Shown piece by piece: positions 19,898 through 29,246 of a DNA stretch of 64,000 nucleotides. The stretch spans positions 992,001 through 1,056,000 of the forward strand of contig OY760907.1 of the NCBI GenBank assembly GCA_963664195.1, in the 5' to 3' direction. The DNA comes from an uncultured candidate division Zixibacteria bacterium. GTDB lineage: Bacteria; Zixibacteria; MSB-5A5; GN15; FEB-12. Within the stretch, counting starts at the first letter, position 1; each line of letters opens with the position of its first letter. The notes beneath the pieces were generated by a model that saw only the letters and a program-made list of their open reading frames with translations, did not search any database and was not told the DNA's origin. The position numbers and the translations under genes are program-made.

Positions 19898-20914
19898 TTG
19901 GACCCGTTACCACGCATTTCTGTCGTCATCCCCATACGCAACGAAGAACGCTTTATCGGCCAGACGATTAAATACCTCCAGGCGCAGGACTACCCGACCG
20001 ACCGGTTTGAGATCATCGTTGTCGACGGTGAGTCCGATGACCGAACCGTCAGCATTGTCGAGGAAATCGCGGCCAATGACAATCGGGTGAAACTCTGCTC
20101 GAATCCGAAACGCTTGTCTTCCGCCGCCAGAAATGTCGGTGCAAGAAACGCCACCGGGGATATTGTCACGTATGTCGACGGCCATACGTACATCGACAAC
20201 GATCAGCTGCTGAAGAGCATTGCCGCGATTCTCGAAGAAAAAGACGTGCGCGTGCTCAGCCGTCCGCAGTTTCTTGAGACGCCGGAGAACGATGAATTCC
20301 AGCGGGCAGTTGCTCTGGCGCGGCGCTCCAAAGTCGGCCACGGGCTGGATTCGACCATCTACAACGAAAAGGATGAGTACGTCAACCCGACAAGTTCCGG
20401 CGCTACCTATATGAAGGACGTATTCGAGGAGGTCGGGTACTTCGATGAGGATTTCGATGCCTGCGAGGACGTCGATTTCAATTTCCGCGTCGCCAAGGCG
20501 GGATACCAGTCGTTCACCTCGATGAAACTCGCTGTGTACTACTATCCGAGAGACTCAATCAGCGGTCTCTTTCACCAGATGAAACGATACGGGCAGGGGC
20601 GGTTCCGACTCGCACGTAAACACCCTGAGACGCTGGGACTTGGGACATTGATTCCCTTTTTCTTCACCGTGGGTGTCCCGTTTGCCGCAGTGATGTCGGC
20701 TATTCATCCGGTGTTCAACCTGTTGTTCATGCTGGCTGTAGTTCCGTACCTGTTGATGATCGGTGCATCATCGGTGATCGTGGCCGCAGAAAACGGCTGG
20801 GGGTATCTGCCGATGCTGCCGCTGATTTATGTGACGATCCATGTCGGCCTCGGCTGGGGGTTTCTCATTGAGTTGGTGACGCACTATACTGGGAAAGGGG
20901 TGCCGACCCAATGA
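19898..20914 (+). CDS. Glycosyltransferase family 2 (ExoA-like) with C-terminal TM helices
   Basis: ISVVIP.RNEE, IVVDG.S.D, DGH, ED.DFN.R and Q..RYG. Confidence 0.9.
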   Translation: MDPLPRISVVIPIRNEERFIGQTIKYLQAQDYPTDRFEIIVVDGESDDRTVSIVEEIAANDNRVKLCSNPKRLSSAARNVGARNATGDIVTYVDGHTYIDNDQLLKSIAAILEEKDVRVLSRPQFLETPENDEFQRAVALARRSKVGHGLDSTIYNEKDEYVNPTSSGATYMKDVFEEVGYFDEDFDACEDVDFNFRVAKAGYQSFTSMKLAVYYYPRDSISGLFHQMKRYGQGRFRLARKHPETLGLGTLIPFFFTVGVPFAAVMSAIHPVFNLLFMLAVVPYLLMIGASSVIVAAENGWGYLPMLPLIYVTIHVGLGWGFLIELVTHYTGKGVPTQ

Positions 20915-21651
20915 CCGGAAAATGGCGCATTATCCTGATCCTCTCATTGATCGCAAACGCATCGATCCTCTATGTCGCGTACAAAGCGCTCGAATATCGC
21001 GGGCATATCAACCATTTCCTTGAGAAGTACACGGAAGTTGTCGACGAGTTCTCCCAGCGCAAAGTGTACGATTCTGCCAATGTGCCGCTTCGCTCGGACA
21101 CGACCGTCCACAATCGGATCGTGTTCTTCGGAACGCAGGTGACCGAGCACTGGCAGCTCACAGATTCCTTTTCCGCATACGAAGCGATCAATCGGGGAGT
21201 GAGCGGCCAGCGTGTCGCCGGGTTGCTGCTGCGGTTCAGACCGGACGTAATCGAATTGAGACCGGAAGCAGTCGTAATCGAGGTCAGTTCGTACAATTTC
21301 AGGCCCAACGCTGCCGTGAAAGAGATCGGGGAGTACGTAGCTTCGATGGCTGAGCTGGCGCGCGCCCACGGTATCAGGCCGATCCTGACGTCGGTCATTC
21401 CGCCAACTACCGATTTCGACGTATTCGAGCATTCGGAGTATAAGGTCAAGGATTCGGTTGAAATATACAATCATTGGCTGACCGAGTACGCCGCCTCAGG
21501 CGGTTTTGATCTGGCAGATTTTGCGGCAACGGTGTCGGATGCGGAAGGATTTCTGGATCCGCGGTTTGCGTCGAGCCATGTCGACCTGAACGACACCGGC
21601 TATACGGCGGTCTCGGAAGTCATCCTGCGACTGCTTGAGCAAGATCAATAG
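20911..21651 (+). CDS. SGNH/GDSL-fold protein with degenerate catalytic motifs
   Basis: RIVFFGTQVT (block I), INRGVSGQ (block II), RF..DVI.L.P..VVI and an N-terminal TM. ATGA overlap with the GT2 gene. Confidence 0.75.
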   Translation: MTGKWRIILILSLIANASILYVAYKALEYRGHINHFLEKYTEVVDEFSQRKVYDSANVPLRSDTTVHNRIVFFGTQVTEHWQLTDSFSAYEAINRGVSGQRVAGLLLRFRPDVIELRPEAVVIEVSSYNFRPNAAVKEIGEYVASMAELARAHGIRPILTSVIPPTTDFDVFEHSEYKVKDSVEIYNHWLTEYAASGGFDLADFAATVSDAEGFLDPRFASSHVDLNDTGYTAVSEVILRLLEQDQ

Positions 21652-21684
21652 TTCGGAAGCACCAATCTCAAGGAGCGATACGCA

Positions 21685-22542
21685 ATGAAGGCTCTCATTA
21701 TTCTGTTGATACTTTCGATTCTCGCCAACGTGTTTGGCGTACTGGTCCTCTACAAGTATTTCCAGAAGGACAAAATGCTCAAAGCGACCTTGGCGGAACT
21801 CAGGGCCAAAGATGAGACGCTCGCCCAGGTCAACCGTCAGCTCGACAACCGCCTTGTGTTCGTGCATCACTCGGTCGGACGCAACTGGCTGTCGCAGGGC
21901 GGCCTGAGGGATTCGCTGATGGCTCGTGGGATAGCAGTGCGTTCGATCACGAGAGGCGCTCCGCTCGGCGAAGAAACCGATATGTGTCACTGGGTGCCGA
22001 AATTCCGGAACGATATTGATCGCATCATCAAGTTTGACCATGCCCCGAATATCCCGTTCAGCGGTCCCGAGGAAAACGACATCATTATGTTCAAGTCCTG
22101 CTACCCGAACAGCAACGTTGTGGCTGAGGGTGAGGGCGAAGGCAACGCGACAGATTCAACGGCGACCCTGGCCAACTATCTCGCTGTGATGGCGGAGTTG
22201 GAACCGGTGTTCTCGGCGCATCCGGGCAAGAAGTTCGTCTATGTCACCTCTCCCCCGCTGATTCCAGAGCGGACGACATCCGAGAATGCCGCCCGCGCCA
22301 GAGAATTCAACGATTGGGTGAAGAGCGATTTCCTGATGCTCTACAACGAACACACCGGGCAAACGAATTTGCTGGTGTTTGATCTTTTTGACGTTCTCGC
22401 CGACGACACAAACGTGATGAAAGAGGAATACCGTCGCGGCGGCAACGACGCCCACCCCAACCGCAAGGCCAACCGTGAGGCGACAAAACGGTTCCTCGCG
22501 TTTCTGGACCAGCATCGGATAGGTTGGGAGGAGAGGGAATAG
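21685..22542 (+). CDS. Membrane-anchored SGNH-like hydrolase/acyltransferase (HHS-type)
   Basis: N-terminal TM plus coiled coil, 'VFVHHSVG', 'IIMFKSCYP', 'T.PP', 'FDLFD.LAD' and 'DAHPN'. Confidence 0.6.
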   Translation: MKALIILLILSILANVFGVLVLYKYFQKDKMLKATLAELRAKDETLAQVNRQLDNRLVFVHHSVGRNWLSQGGLRDSLMARGIAVRSITRGAPLGEETDMCHWVPKFRNDIDRIIKFDHAPNIPFSGPEENDIIMFKSCYPNSNVVAEGEGEGNATDSTATLANYLAVMAELEPVFSAHPGKKFVYVTSPPLIPERTTSENAARAREFNDWVKSDFLMLYNEHTGQTNLLVFDLFDVLADDTNVMKEEYRRGGNDAHPNRKANREATKRFLAFLDQHRIGWEERE

Positions 22543-22678
22543 CGGGAGACCAGACGCTTCGGTGCCCCGCCCAGAGCGAAACGGAGTGAAGCCACTCATG
22601 GCAGAGCGTCGGGTGGGAGAATCTGAATGGCACCCCAAACTCAAAGATGTCGGGTTGCTCGGTACGCATGAAATGCGA

Positions 22679-22803
22679 ACCTCGGAACACTGACCTACTC
22701 AGACTATAGATAAGTCATCTCTGAGCTAGTCGAAGTGTGGACCGAACAGAGAGAACGAGCAATCAAGTTGTGCGGTCTTCGACAAGCTCGGTCTGACTTG
22801 ATT
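22679..22803. repeat. Cluster of REP-like elements (inverted GAGCTTGTCGAAG-type pair plus a GTAG foot)
   Basis: 22712-22739 (AAGTCA..TGAGCTAGTCGAAG) faces 22777-22803, whose reverse complement AATCAAGTCAGACCGAGCTTGTCGAAG is 25/27 identical to 16448-16474. GACCTAC at 22692-22698. Confidence 0.7.
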
Positions 22804-22835
22804 GTTGATCATGTCACTCGAACGGCAATCGCGCC

Positions 22836-24311
22836 CTACCCCCGCCTCAGCTTCTTGCGGACTTTCATTAACATGTCACGCATGAACTGCTTCTCTTCCT
22901 CATTGAAGAACCGTGACACGTACAGCACAAGCGGATAGGTCAGACACAAGACCGATTTGATAGCGAGATTCGCGAAGTAGTTGCCGACATCCAACGCCTG
23001 GAATGCAAAATAGAACGCAAACGCAACACCGAAGATGATCGCCACCCTGCCCCATTCGACATACACTTTGTACAGTCGATTGCTGAAGTAAAAGCCCATC
23101 GACGAACGCAGGAAGTAACAAATGAACGTCGCCCATGCCGCGCCCCAGATCCCGTAAATCGGAATGAGCGTGATGTTCAAACCGAGATTGACAATAGCGT
23201 TGGTGACGTTGATATACGCGAAGTACTTGGTCTTCTTTGAGTAGGTGATCCCGACGTTGAAATGATAAAAAAAGCTCAGCACGATATGCGCCAGCGTTAT
23301 CAGCGGTACGATTTTGTAGGCGTCCCAGTACCGTTGCTCCGCCATGATATGGACAACGTCTTTCGCCAGTACTGAAATCCCCATGCCGCCAAACACGATC
23401 ACAAACACGAAATACGTGAACACTTTGCCGAACAACTCGCCGCTTCCTTCAGCTTTGAAAGCCTCGAGCCGTCGGGGGCCGTAGATTTGGTTAAACGGCG
23501 AGGTTACGAAATTCATCACCAGCGAGCCAAACTTGTAGCCAAGGCCGTAGATACCCGTCTGCCCCATGGAGACATACTCCTTGATGAAGTACCGATCCGA
23601 GGCGATGACAATGTAGGAAGCGATATTCGAGGGAATCAGCGGCAGACCAAACTTGATCAGCCCCTTGATGACATCTTTTGAGAAACCCAGCCCAACCTTA
23701 CGCAATACCATCGGCGTGACAATTGACATGGACATTGCCGCTGCCGCAAGGTTGCCCCAGAAAATCCCGGCTATTCCCATCTCCAGATGAACGATAAAAA
23801 AAATGTTCAGCGACAGGTTTACGACCAACTGGCCGATTGAGGCCGCCACGACCATCGTTGATTTCTTCTCCGCTCGCAAATAGGAGATGTTGATGTTGTT
23901 CAACATCGTCAGCCCCATCGAAACAAACGCGATCACAAAAAGCCTGGCGTACTCTGGATTGTCCAGCACGTGTTCGGCAAACAGACCGCTGCATGCAATC
24001 AAACCCAGAACTACCGGCAGGAGAACGGCACCAAGACCTATGAAAGCTGAACTGACAACTTTGTTGCGTTCCGATTGGATTTCGGAGTCGAAATAGAACC
24101 GCGTGACGCCGTGTGCAATACCCACGCCGACCACCATCTCGATCAAAGACGTCGTCAGCACCAGCAGTTCCATCACGCCGTAGTCGTCCGGAGAGAGATA
24201 GACGGTGTAGACCGGAATCATCAGGAACCCGGCCAGACGTCCTATACCCGGCGCCAGCCCGTAGATGGAACTGTGCTTGAGTAGGAGTTTACTTTCCTTC
24301 TTAACGGTCAT
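22836..24311 (-). CDS. wzx: Wzx-type oligosaccharide flippase
   Basis: About 14 TM, 'P.YT.YLSP.DYG', 'L.KFGLPL.P', 'DRYFI' and 'G.Y.LGYK'. Confidence 0.88.
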   Translation of the reverse strand: MTVKKESKLLLKHSSIYGLAPGIGRLAGFLMIPVYTVYLSPDDYGVMELLVLTTSLIEMVVGVGIAHGVTRFYFDSEIQSERNKVVSSAFIGLGAVLLPVVLGLIACSGLFAEHVLDNPEYARLFVIAFVSMGLTMLNNINISYLRAEKKSTMVVAASIGQLVVNLSLNIFFIVHLEMGIAGIFWGNLAAAAMSMSIVTPMVLRKVGLGFSKDVIKGLIKFGLPLIPSNIASYIVIASDRYFIKEYVSMGQTGIYGLGYKFGSLVMNFVTSPFNQIYGPRRLEAFKAEGSGELFGKVFTYFVFVIVFGGMGISVLAKDVVHIMAEQRYWDAYKIVPLITLAHIVLSFFYHFNVGITYSKKTKYFAYINVTNAIVNLGLNITLIPIYGIWGAAWATFICYFLRSSMGFYFSNRLYKVYVEWGRVAIIFGVAFAFYFAFQALDVGNYFANLAIKSVLCLTYPLVLYVSRFFNEEEKQFMRDMLMKVRKKLRRG

Positions 24312-24375
24312 CGCAGTCGGGGCAACTTTCGCGTTTTTGAATCGGTAAGTGCGTATCCGGTCTGGTCATAATCGA

Positions 24376-25713
24376 TCAACGGGGCAGGATCGAATCCAGC
24401 ACGTCCGCCAGCTCCTTAGATTTCGTCCTCCGGTCAAACGCCGGTGGAATACTGATCCGTGATTCCCTGGGTTCAATCGAAGTTCTCCACAAGTCGAATT
24501 GTTCGTCCAAGAATTCTGCGGTGCTCTCGATGTCCGGTTCGGTCACCGTGAGTCCGTTGTTATACTCGTCCAGCACTGCTTTCGCTTCACCGTCGCCGGG
24601 GACAATCGAAAGAATCGGTCGCCCGGTACAGGCATATTCAAACAGCTTGGCCGGCAGGACGCCTTTGCCACCGGGATCGAACCCAAGGATCAGCAACAAC
24701 AGGTCCGCCTGCCACAGGCGATTGAGCACCTGGTTGTGGGGAATGTGTGCTGACATCGTAATCAGTCCGTTCAGTGGTTTGTCTTTGACATACTTCTCAT
24801 AACCGGGTGCATTGCCGATAAACTCCGCCCGCACTCTGCCGATGATCTCCGGGCGTTTCTCTGCCCAGGCTTCCATTGCTTTGAAGAAAAAGAGCGGGTT
24901 GCGGTGACCGTACAACGATCCAAGATGCAGGATTTCAAACCGAACGTTTTTCTTCTCCGGCATCACGACATGGCTGAGGTCATCGATATCAATCCCGTTC
25001 GTAATCGCATGTACGTTCTCCGGCGGAACGCCGGGATTCTTATCGCGCAGCAGTTTCACGAACGAGTTAGTCGAGGTCGTAATCGCGCTGCTTCGATTGA
25101 TAATCTTCGGTTCCAACCAGCCGTCAATCCTGCGCTGCATGGGAGTCATATCTCTGTCCGAGTAGGCTTCGTTCTGGGTCCAGAGATCGCGGAAATCAAG
25201 CACCAGCGGTTTGCCGGTCAGGCATGCCAATCTGTAAGCAACTATATGTGAGCTGACCGGCGGCGACGAGGAATAAATGACGTCAATACTCTCGCTCCTG
25301 ATTGCCTTGAGGCCGGTCCAGACGCCAAACGGAATCCAGAAATTGTTCCGGTCCGGATACGAAAGCCAGGTACGGGCGAACCGTTTGGTCCGTGACAAAA
25401 TCGATGGCGCCTGTTCCTTTGGTTTCTCTCCCGACTCTGGTTCTGGAGATACCTTCGCGGAGGTGTCGGCAGGAGTGCTACGCCGATCCCACCAGCTCAT
25501 CGGCTCCCAGTTGCCGGAGCGATAGACCCGAACGGAAGAATCGATCTGATCAAGAAGAGCGTGGTCGTAAGCGACGTTGTAGCCGGACCTGACCGTCAGC
25601 ACCGATGGCTGCCAGCCGAATTCCGGAAGGAACTTGCAATACTTGATGGTGCGGTACCCCCCCACGGCGGCCATGGGCGGGAACACGTAAGAAATCAGCA
25701 GTACTTTTTTCAT
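24376..25713 (-). CDS. Glycosyltransferase family 4
   Basis: KVL.ISY.FPP...GG.R, SSPP, DFRDLW, ITNG.D and PAKLFEY...GRPI. Confidence 0.9.
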   Translation of the reverse strand: MKKVLLISYVFPPMAAVGGYRTIKYCKFLPEFGWQPSVLTVRSGYNVAYDHALLDQIDSSVRVYRSGNWEPMSWWDRRSTPADTSAKVSPEPESGEKPKEQAPSILSRTKRFARTWLSYPDRNNFWIPFGVWTGLKAIRSESIDVIYSSSPPVSSHIVAYRLACLTGKPLVLDFRDLWTQNEAYSDRDMTPMQRRIDGWLEPKIINRSSAITTSTNSFVKLLRDKNPGVPPENVHAITNGIDIDDLSHVVMPEKKNVRFEILHLGSLYGHRNPLFFFKAMEAWAEKRPEIIGRVRAEFIGNAPGYEKYVKDKPLNGLITMSAHIPHNQVLNRLWQADLLLLILGFDPGGKGVLPAKLFEYACTGRPILSIVPGDGEAKAVLDEYNNGLTVTEPDIESTAEFLDEQFDLWRTSIEPRESRISIPPAFDRRTKSKELADVLDSILPR

Positions 25714-25754
25714 TGAGCAGTCCGGTGGCGTTTCAAGATCGAAACGGAGGGCAT

Positions 25755-26339
25755 TCAGGCGTCCTTTTTTGCGGCGGCGTCGGCCGCTTCTTTGCGCAGG
25801 TTGCGGAAGCCAATCACGCGCGCCGGGTTGCCGGCCAGAATCGAGAATTCTTTGTACTTCTTACCGCCGACTACAGCGCCTGCGGACACGATGCACCCGC
25901 GCCCCATCTCCGTGCCCGGCATGATGAAGGCGTTCGAACCTATCCAGCAATCCTCGCCGATAATGACTTCTTTGAATTCGTGCCCCTGATCCTGGATGGG
26001 CATTTCATAATCGGCAAAGACATGGTTTGAAGACCAGATCGACACGCCCGGAGCTATGATCACATTATCCGCAAGGGTGACTCCCCCGCCCGCTTGAATG
26101 CGCACGTGATACCCAATATGGCAGCGTCTGCCGATCGAGAGTTTCTGGGGGTTACGTATGTAGACACCCTCGTGAAAGTGCGTACCTTCGCCGAGCGACT
26201 TGAGTGATTTCCGGTACAGCCGATATCGGAATTTCTGCCCGATGAGGCTTGGGATCAGTGAATACAGACCTTGCCAGTAGAAGAACTTGTGTCCCCTGAT
26301 ATCCCACCAGATCTCTTTGGTTGTTCGAGCAAAACCCAT
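25755..26339 (-). CDS. Hexapeptide-repeat O-acetyl/acyltransferase
   Basis: Left-handed beta-helix repeats, SSNH, VIIGEDCWIG and AGNPAR. Confidence 0.88.
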   Translation of the reverse strand: MGFARTTKEIWWDIRGHKFFYWQGLYSLIPSLIGQKFRYRLYRKSLKSLGEGTHFHEGVYIRNPQKLSIGRRCHIGYHVRIQAGGGVTLADNVIIAPGVSIWSSNHVFADYEMPIQDQGHEFKEVIIGEDCWIGSNAFIMPGTEMGRGCIVSAGAVVGGKKYKEFSILAGNPARVIGFRNLRKEAADAAAKKDA

Positions 26340-26543
26340 CGCGAACAGTCCCGTTTTATCCTGTCGACGCCGGCAGGTTGCCTGTGATCTTATTAGCCGG
26401 CGCGTTACTTCCTTGTTTACCTTATCGACCGGGAAGCGGAAAGTATCACCCTCCAGCCACCCCCTCATACTCAGCCGCAAGGTAATCTGTTAAATCGAGC
26501 GATTCAAGGATAATGCTTCGTCCTATCGAGAGACGTCAGTCGC

Positions 26544-28661
26544 TCAACGGAAGCGCAAGTCTAGAAGATCCAGGACCTCGACAACCATTTGATCGACCAT
26601 CTTTCGATTCAATCGATTGGACGGCACCTGCATTCCGAAATAAGCGTGATTAATCCAGCTTGCCACGGCTGCCGAATCCATGTCCCGCTTGCCAGCGTCA
26701 AGTTTGGACATAGTGGCGTGAATGCGCAACTCCGAAGGCAACCGGCTGTACGAACCGTTGAGCAGCAACGACATCGTTTTGGAGAACGATAGTTGCTTCA
26801 GGTAACGAGCCAGGGAAAACGTGAAGTCGCTGAAGTTCGCCAGTAGCAGCCGGGTTCTCCCCCATTCGTCCAGATCGATGATACCCGCCAGAGAGTCGTT
26901 CTGCACCATTACATTGCTGACGGTAAAGTCGCCCTTTCTCAGCATAACGTTGTGCGGGTGTTCGTTCAATGTGTTTTCGATCATACCGGTCAGTTTATCA
27001 ATGAGACTGTCATACCGGCCGGAATTCTGCGTCATCCCTGTCAGAGTTGTGAGACGATGACGGTACTCGGCGACTTCTTCCTCGATCGGGTACTCTCCCA
27101 CATCCAAATGGGAAAGCGCGACAAGAGAATCGATTACTTCTTTGCACAGGCTGTCGCTCAGTTTCGGGGATTGGGTCGGGTCCCAGGGCGATCCCGGTAG
27201 ACAGGTTTCGACACAGTACCATTGCTTGCCAAGATGACCTTCATACACGAACTCTGGAAGCCGACACAGTCGGCTGTCTTCCCCCGTATTTTCATGGGCA
27301 CTGGCAAAAACTGATAGCCCTTCGTTATTGCGCCAGCAATTCTTCCAGGCACGAGGCGTAAACGGAACCTTGACAATAACACGCGGGACTTCCTTCCTTG
27401 GAGACCGCAGCGAAATCAGCAGTTTCCCCTTGCGGTTCACCATCGTCGCAGCAATCTGATAGCCGGAAGTCTCATGTCCTGTGTTGTGGGCAAAATCCTC
27501 AACCACCGCGTCAAGCCACGACAAAGATGTCTGGCCCGGCGAGCCGACGATCCCAAAACAGGGCACAGTCGCCTTGTACACCCAGGTTGGCAAGGCCCTG
27601 ACTTTGCGGCTTTCGTGTCCCTTGATATGTCGCTTCATATGGTTCTGGCGGCCCAGGTCGATGATCTTTTCAGGGCTTCGGTGGTCGGGTTCCACTCCCC
27701 AGAACCGGGTGGAGCCAAATCCGGCCGCCTCCAGAAGCCTCATGTAACCCTTGCGACCGTGGGTGTAGGTCAAGTATGGTTGACTATTCTTCAGTAGCGA
27801 GGCCAGATGCGCCAGTGGACGTGGATACAACGAGCCAAACCGGAGGCGAGTGTGGCGGTCCGGCTCCCCCACAAAGTGCTTGCGTGCATGGCGATTGTCG
27901 GTCCCTATATACACTTGCCCGTCGGGTTTGAGAACGCGGCGAACCTCCGCAAGGAAGTTCTTCTGGATTTCCGTCGGACGGTGACTGGTGTACACTTCGC
28001 TGATGTAATTCATCGCTTTGCCGAGAGCGCCTGACCTGGCGTACTTTGCCCGCTGGACCGACCAGTCTGCCGCCACCCACTCAAGCACGCTGTTCATCAC
28101 GACAGCGTCGAACGTTTCGGAGGCAAAGGGCAGCAGCGGCGTATCGCCACCGCAGCAAAGCTGCAGGTTGTATAACCCGTAATATTGCTTCTTGAGAGCC
28201 AGGAGTTGAAGACGTTCGTGAGTGAGGTCAATAGCCGTCACCTGCCCGACAGTTCGGGCGAGATTGATCGACGTATTATCCCAGCCACAGCCGAGATTCA
28301 GTACATGGTCGTCGGGGCGCATGGCCAGTAGATACTTCTGGAAAGCACGGTGCTCGCTGACGAGATTCTCGATGAGCTCGATCCGGTTGCGCGGGTCTTT
28401 GGCCGTATCGACAATATCCTGAAGCAGATATTCGATCGATTCGGAGTCTTCATCTACCACTCGGGCATAGTGATCAAGTCTCTCCGTCAGCCATTCCCGA
28501 GGAATGGAATGAGCATAGTACTCGCGATTGCGAGCCATCTGAGGAATATCCCGAATAATCGGAAACAGATCGCCGCATTTCGAGCAGATCAGGTCCCGTG
28601 ACGGTCGTTCAACTGTCGATCCGCAGTTGGGGCACCGAATGTAGTCGGCTATTTCGCGCAC
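26544..28661 (-). CDS. Fusion: Trm112-like Zn ribbon + class I SAM methyltransferase + APH/kinase-like domain
   Basis: CPNC..CSKC..FPI...IP, VLNLGCG, LPFASETFDAV, RRVLKPDG, VIVKVP, KGDF..SN and GIIDLDE. Confidence 0.8.
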   Translation of the reverse strand: MREIADYIRCPNCGSTVERPSRDLICSKCGDLFPIIRDIPQMARNREYYAHSIPREWLTERLDHYARVVDEDSESIEYLLQDIVDTAKDPRNRIELIENLVSEHRAFQKYLLAMRPDDHVLNLGCGWDNTSINLARTVGQVTAIDLTHERLQLLALKKQYYGLYNLQLCCGGDTPLLPFASETFDAVVMNSVLEWVAADWSVQRAKYARSGALGKAMNYISEVYTSHRPTEIQKNFLAEVRRVLKPDGQVYIGTDNRHARKHFVGEPDRHTRLRFGSLYPRPLAHLASLLKNSQPYLTYTHGRKGYMRLLEAAGFGSTRFWGVEPDHRSPEKIIDLGRQNHMKRHIKGHESRKVRALPTWVYKATVPCFGIVGSPGQTSLSWLDAVVEDFAHNTGHETSGYQIAATMVNRKGKLLISLRSPRKEVPRVIVKVPFTPRAWKNCWRNNEGLSVFASAHENTGEDSRLCRLPEFVYEGHLGKQWYCVETCLPGSPWDPTQSPKLSDSLCKEVIDSLVALSHLDVGEYPIEEEVAEYRHRLTTLTGMTQNSGRYDSLIDKLTGMIENTLNEHPHNVMLRKGDFTVSNVMVQNDSLAGIIDLDEWGRTRLLLANFSDFTFSLARYLKQLSFSKTMSLLLNGSYSRLPSELRIHATMSKLDAGKRDMDSAAVASWINHAYFGMQVPSNRLNRKMVDQMVVEVLDLLDLRFR

Positions 28662-28963
28662 TGGCTCCCTTTTGTCCGTTGCCTATCCCGGCTGATGTCA
28701 CGTTTTGCCACAGTATTCCCATCCGCTTGAAGGGCCCCACTCAAGCTCAAAACACAATCCTCAATGTCCGGTTCTACCAGAACTCTTCCACTTGTACGCC
28801 TCGCCCAAAGGCATCTCTAAGATGCCCCTTCACCAGTCTAACAGTCAACGTAAATATTCGGTCAACTCGTTGTGCACAAAAGCGGAACACGGACCGATAA
28901 TACTTGACAGGTATGCCCTCAACACTCACCTTTAGACCTTCCCGAAGGGTACGGAACACTTGT

Positions 28964-29224
28964 ATGGCGAAATCGATTCTGGTTACCGGCGGCGCCGGCC
29001 TCATCCGGTCACACCTCGTTGACCAACAACAGCATGAAGAACATGCGGACGCCGCCTCATGTTTCCGTGCCAACGACATCACTCGCAAAACAGAACCCAT
29101 TCTGAACCACAATGCTGATATCGTCGTTGTGTTCTACCAACCCGACGATATTACCGAGACGTATGCCTGCAATGCACCGACACAGGCTGAATCGTGCCAC
29201 AGGCACGGGCATCTGGCCGAATAG
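28964..29224 (+). pseudogene. Degenerate remnant of an NAD-dependent epimerase/dehydratase
   Basis: MAKSILVTGGAGLIRSHLVD is a Rossmann start with GxxGxxG broken. 'PDDITETYA' resembles the family C-terminal PGD..TYA. Only 86 codons long. Confidence 0.6.
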
Positions 29225-29246
29225 GAATGAACAGGCGGAGGAAGTA

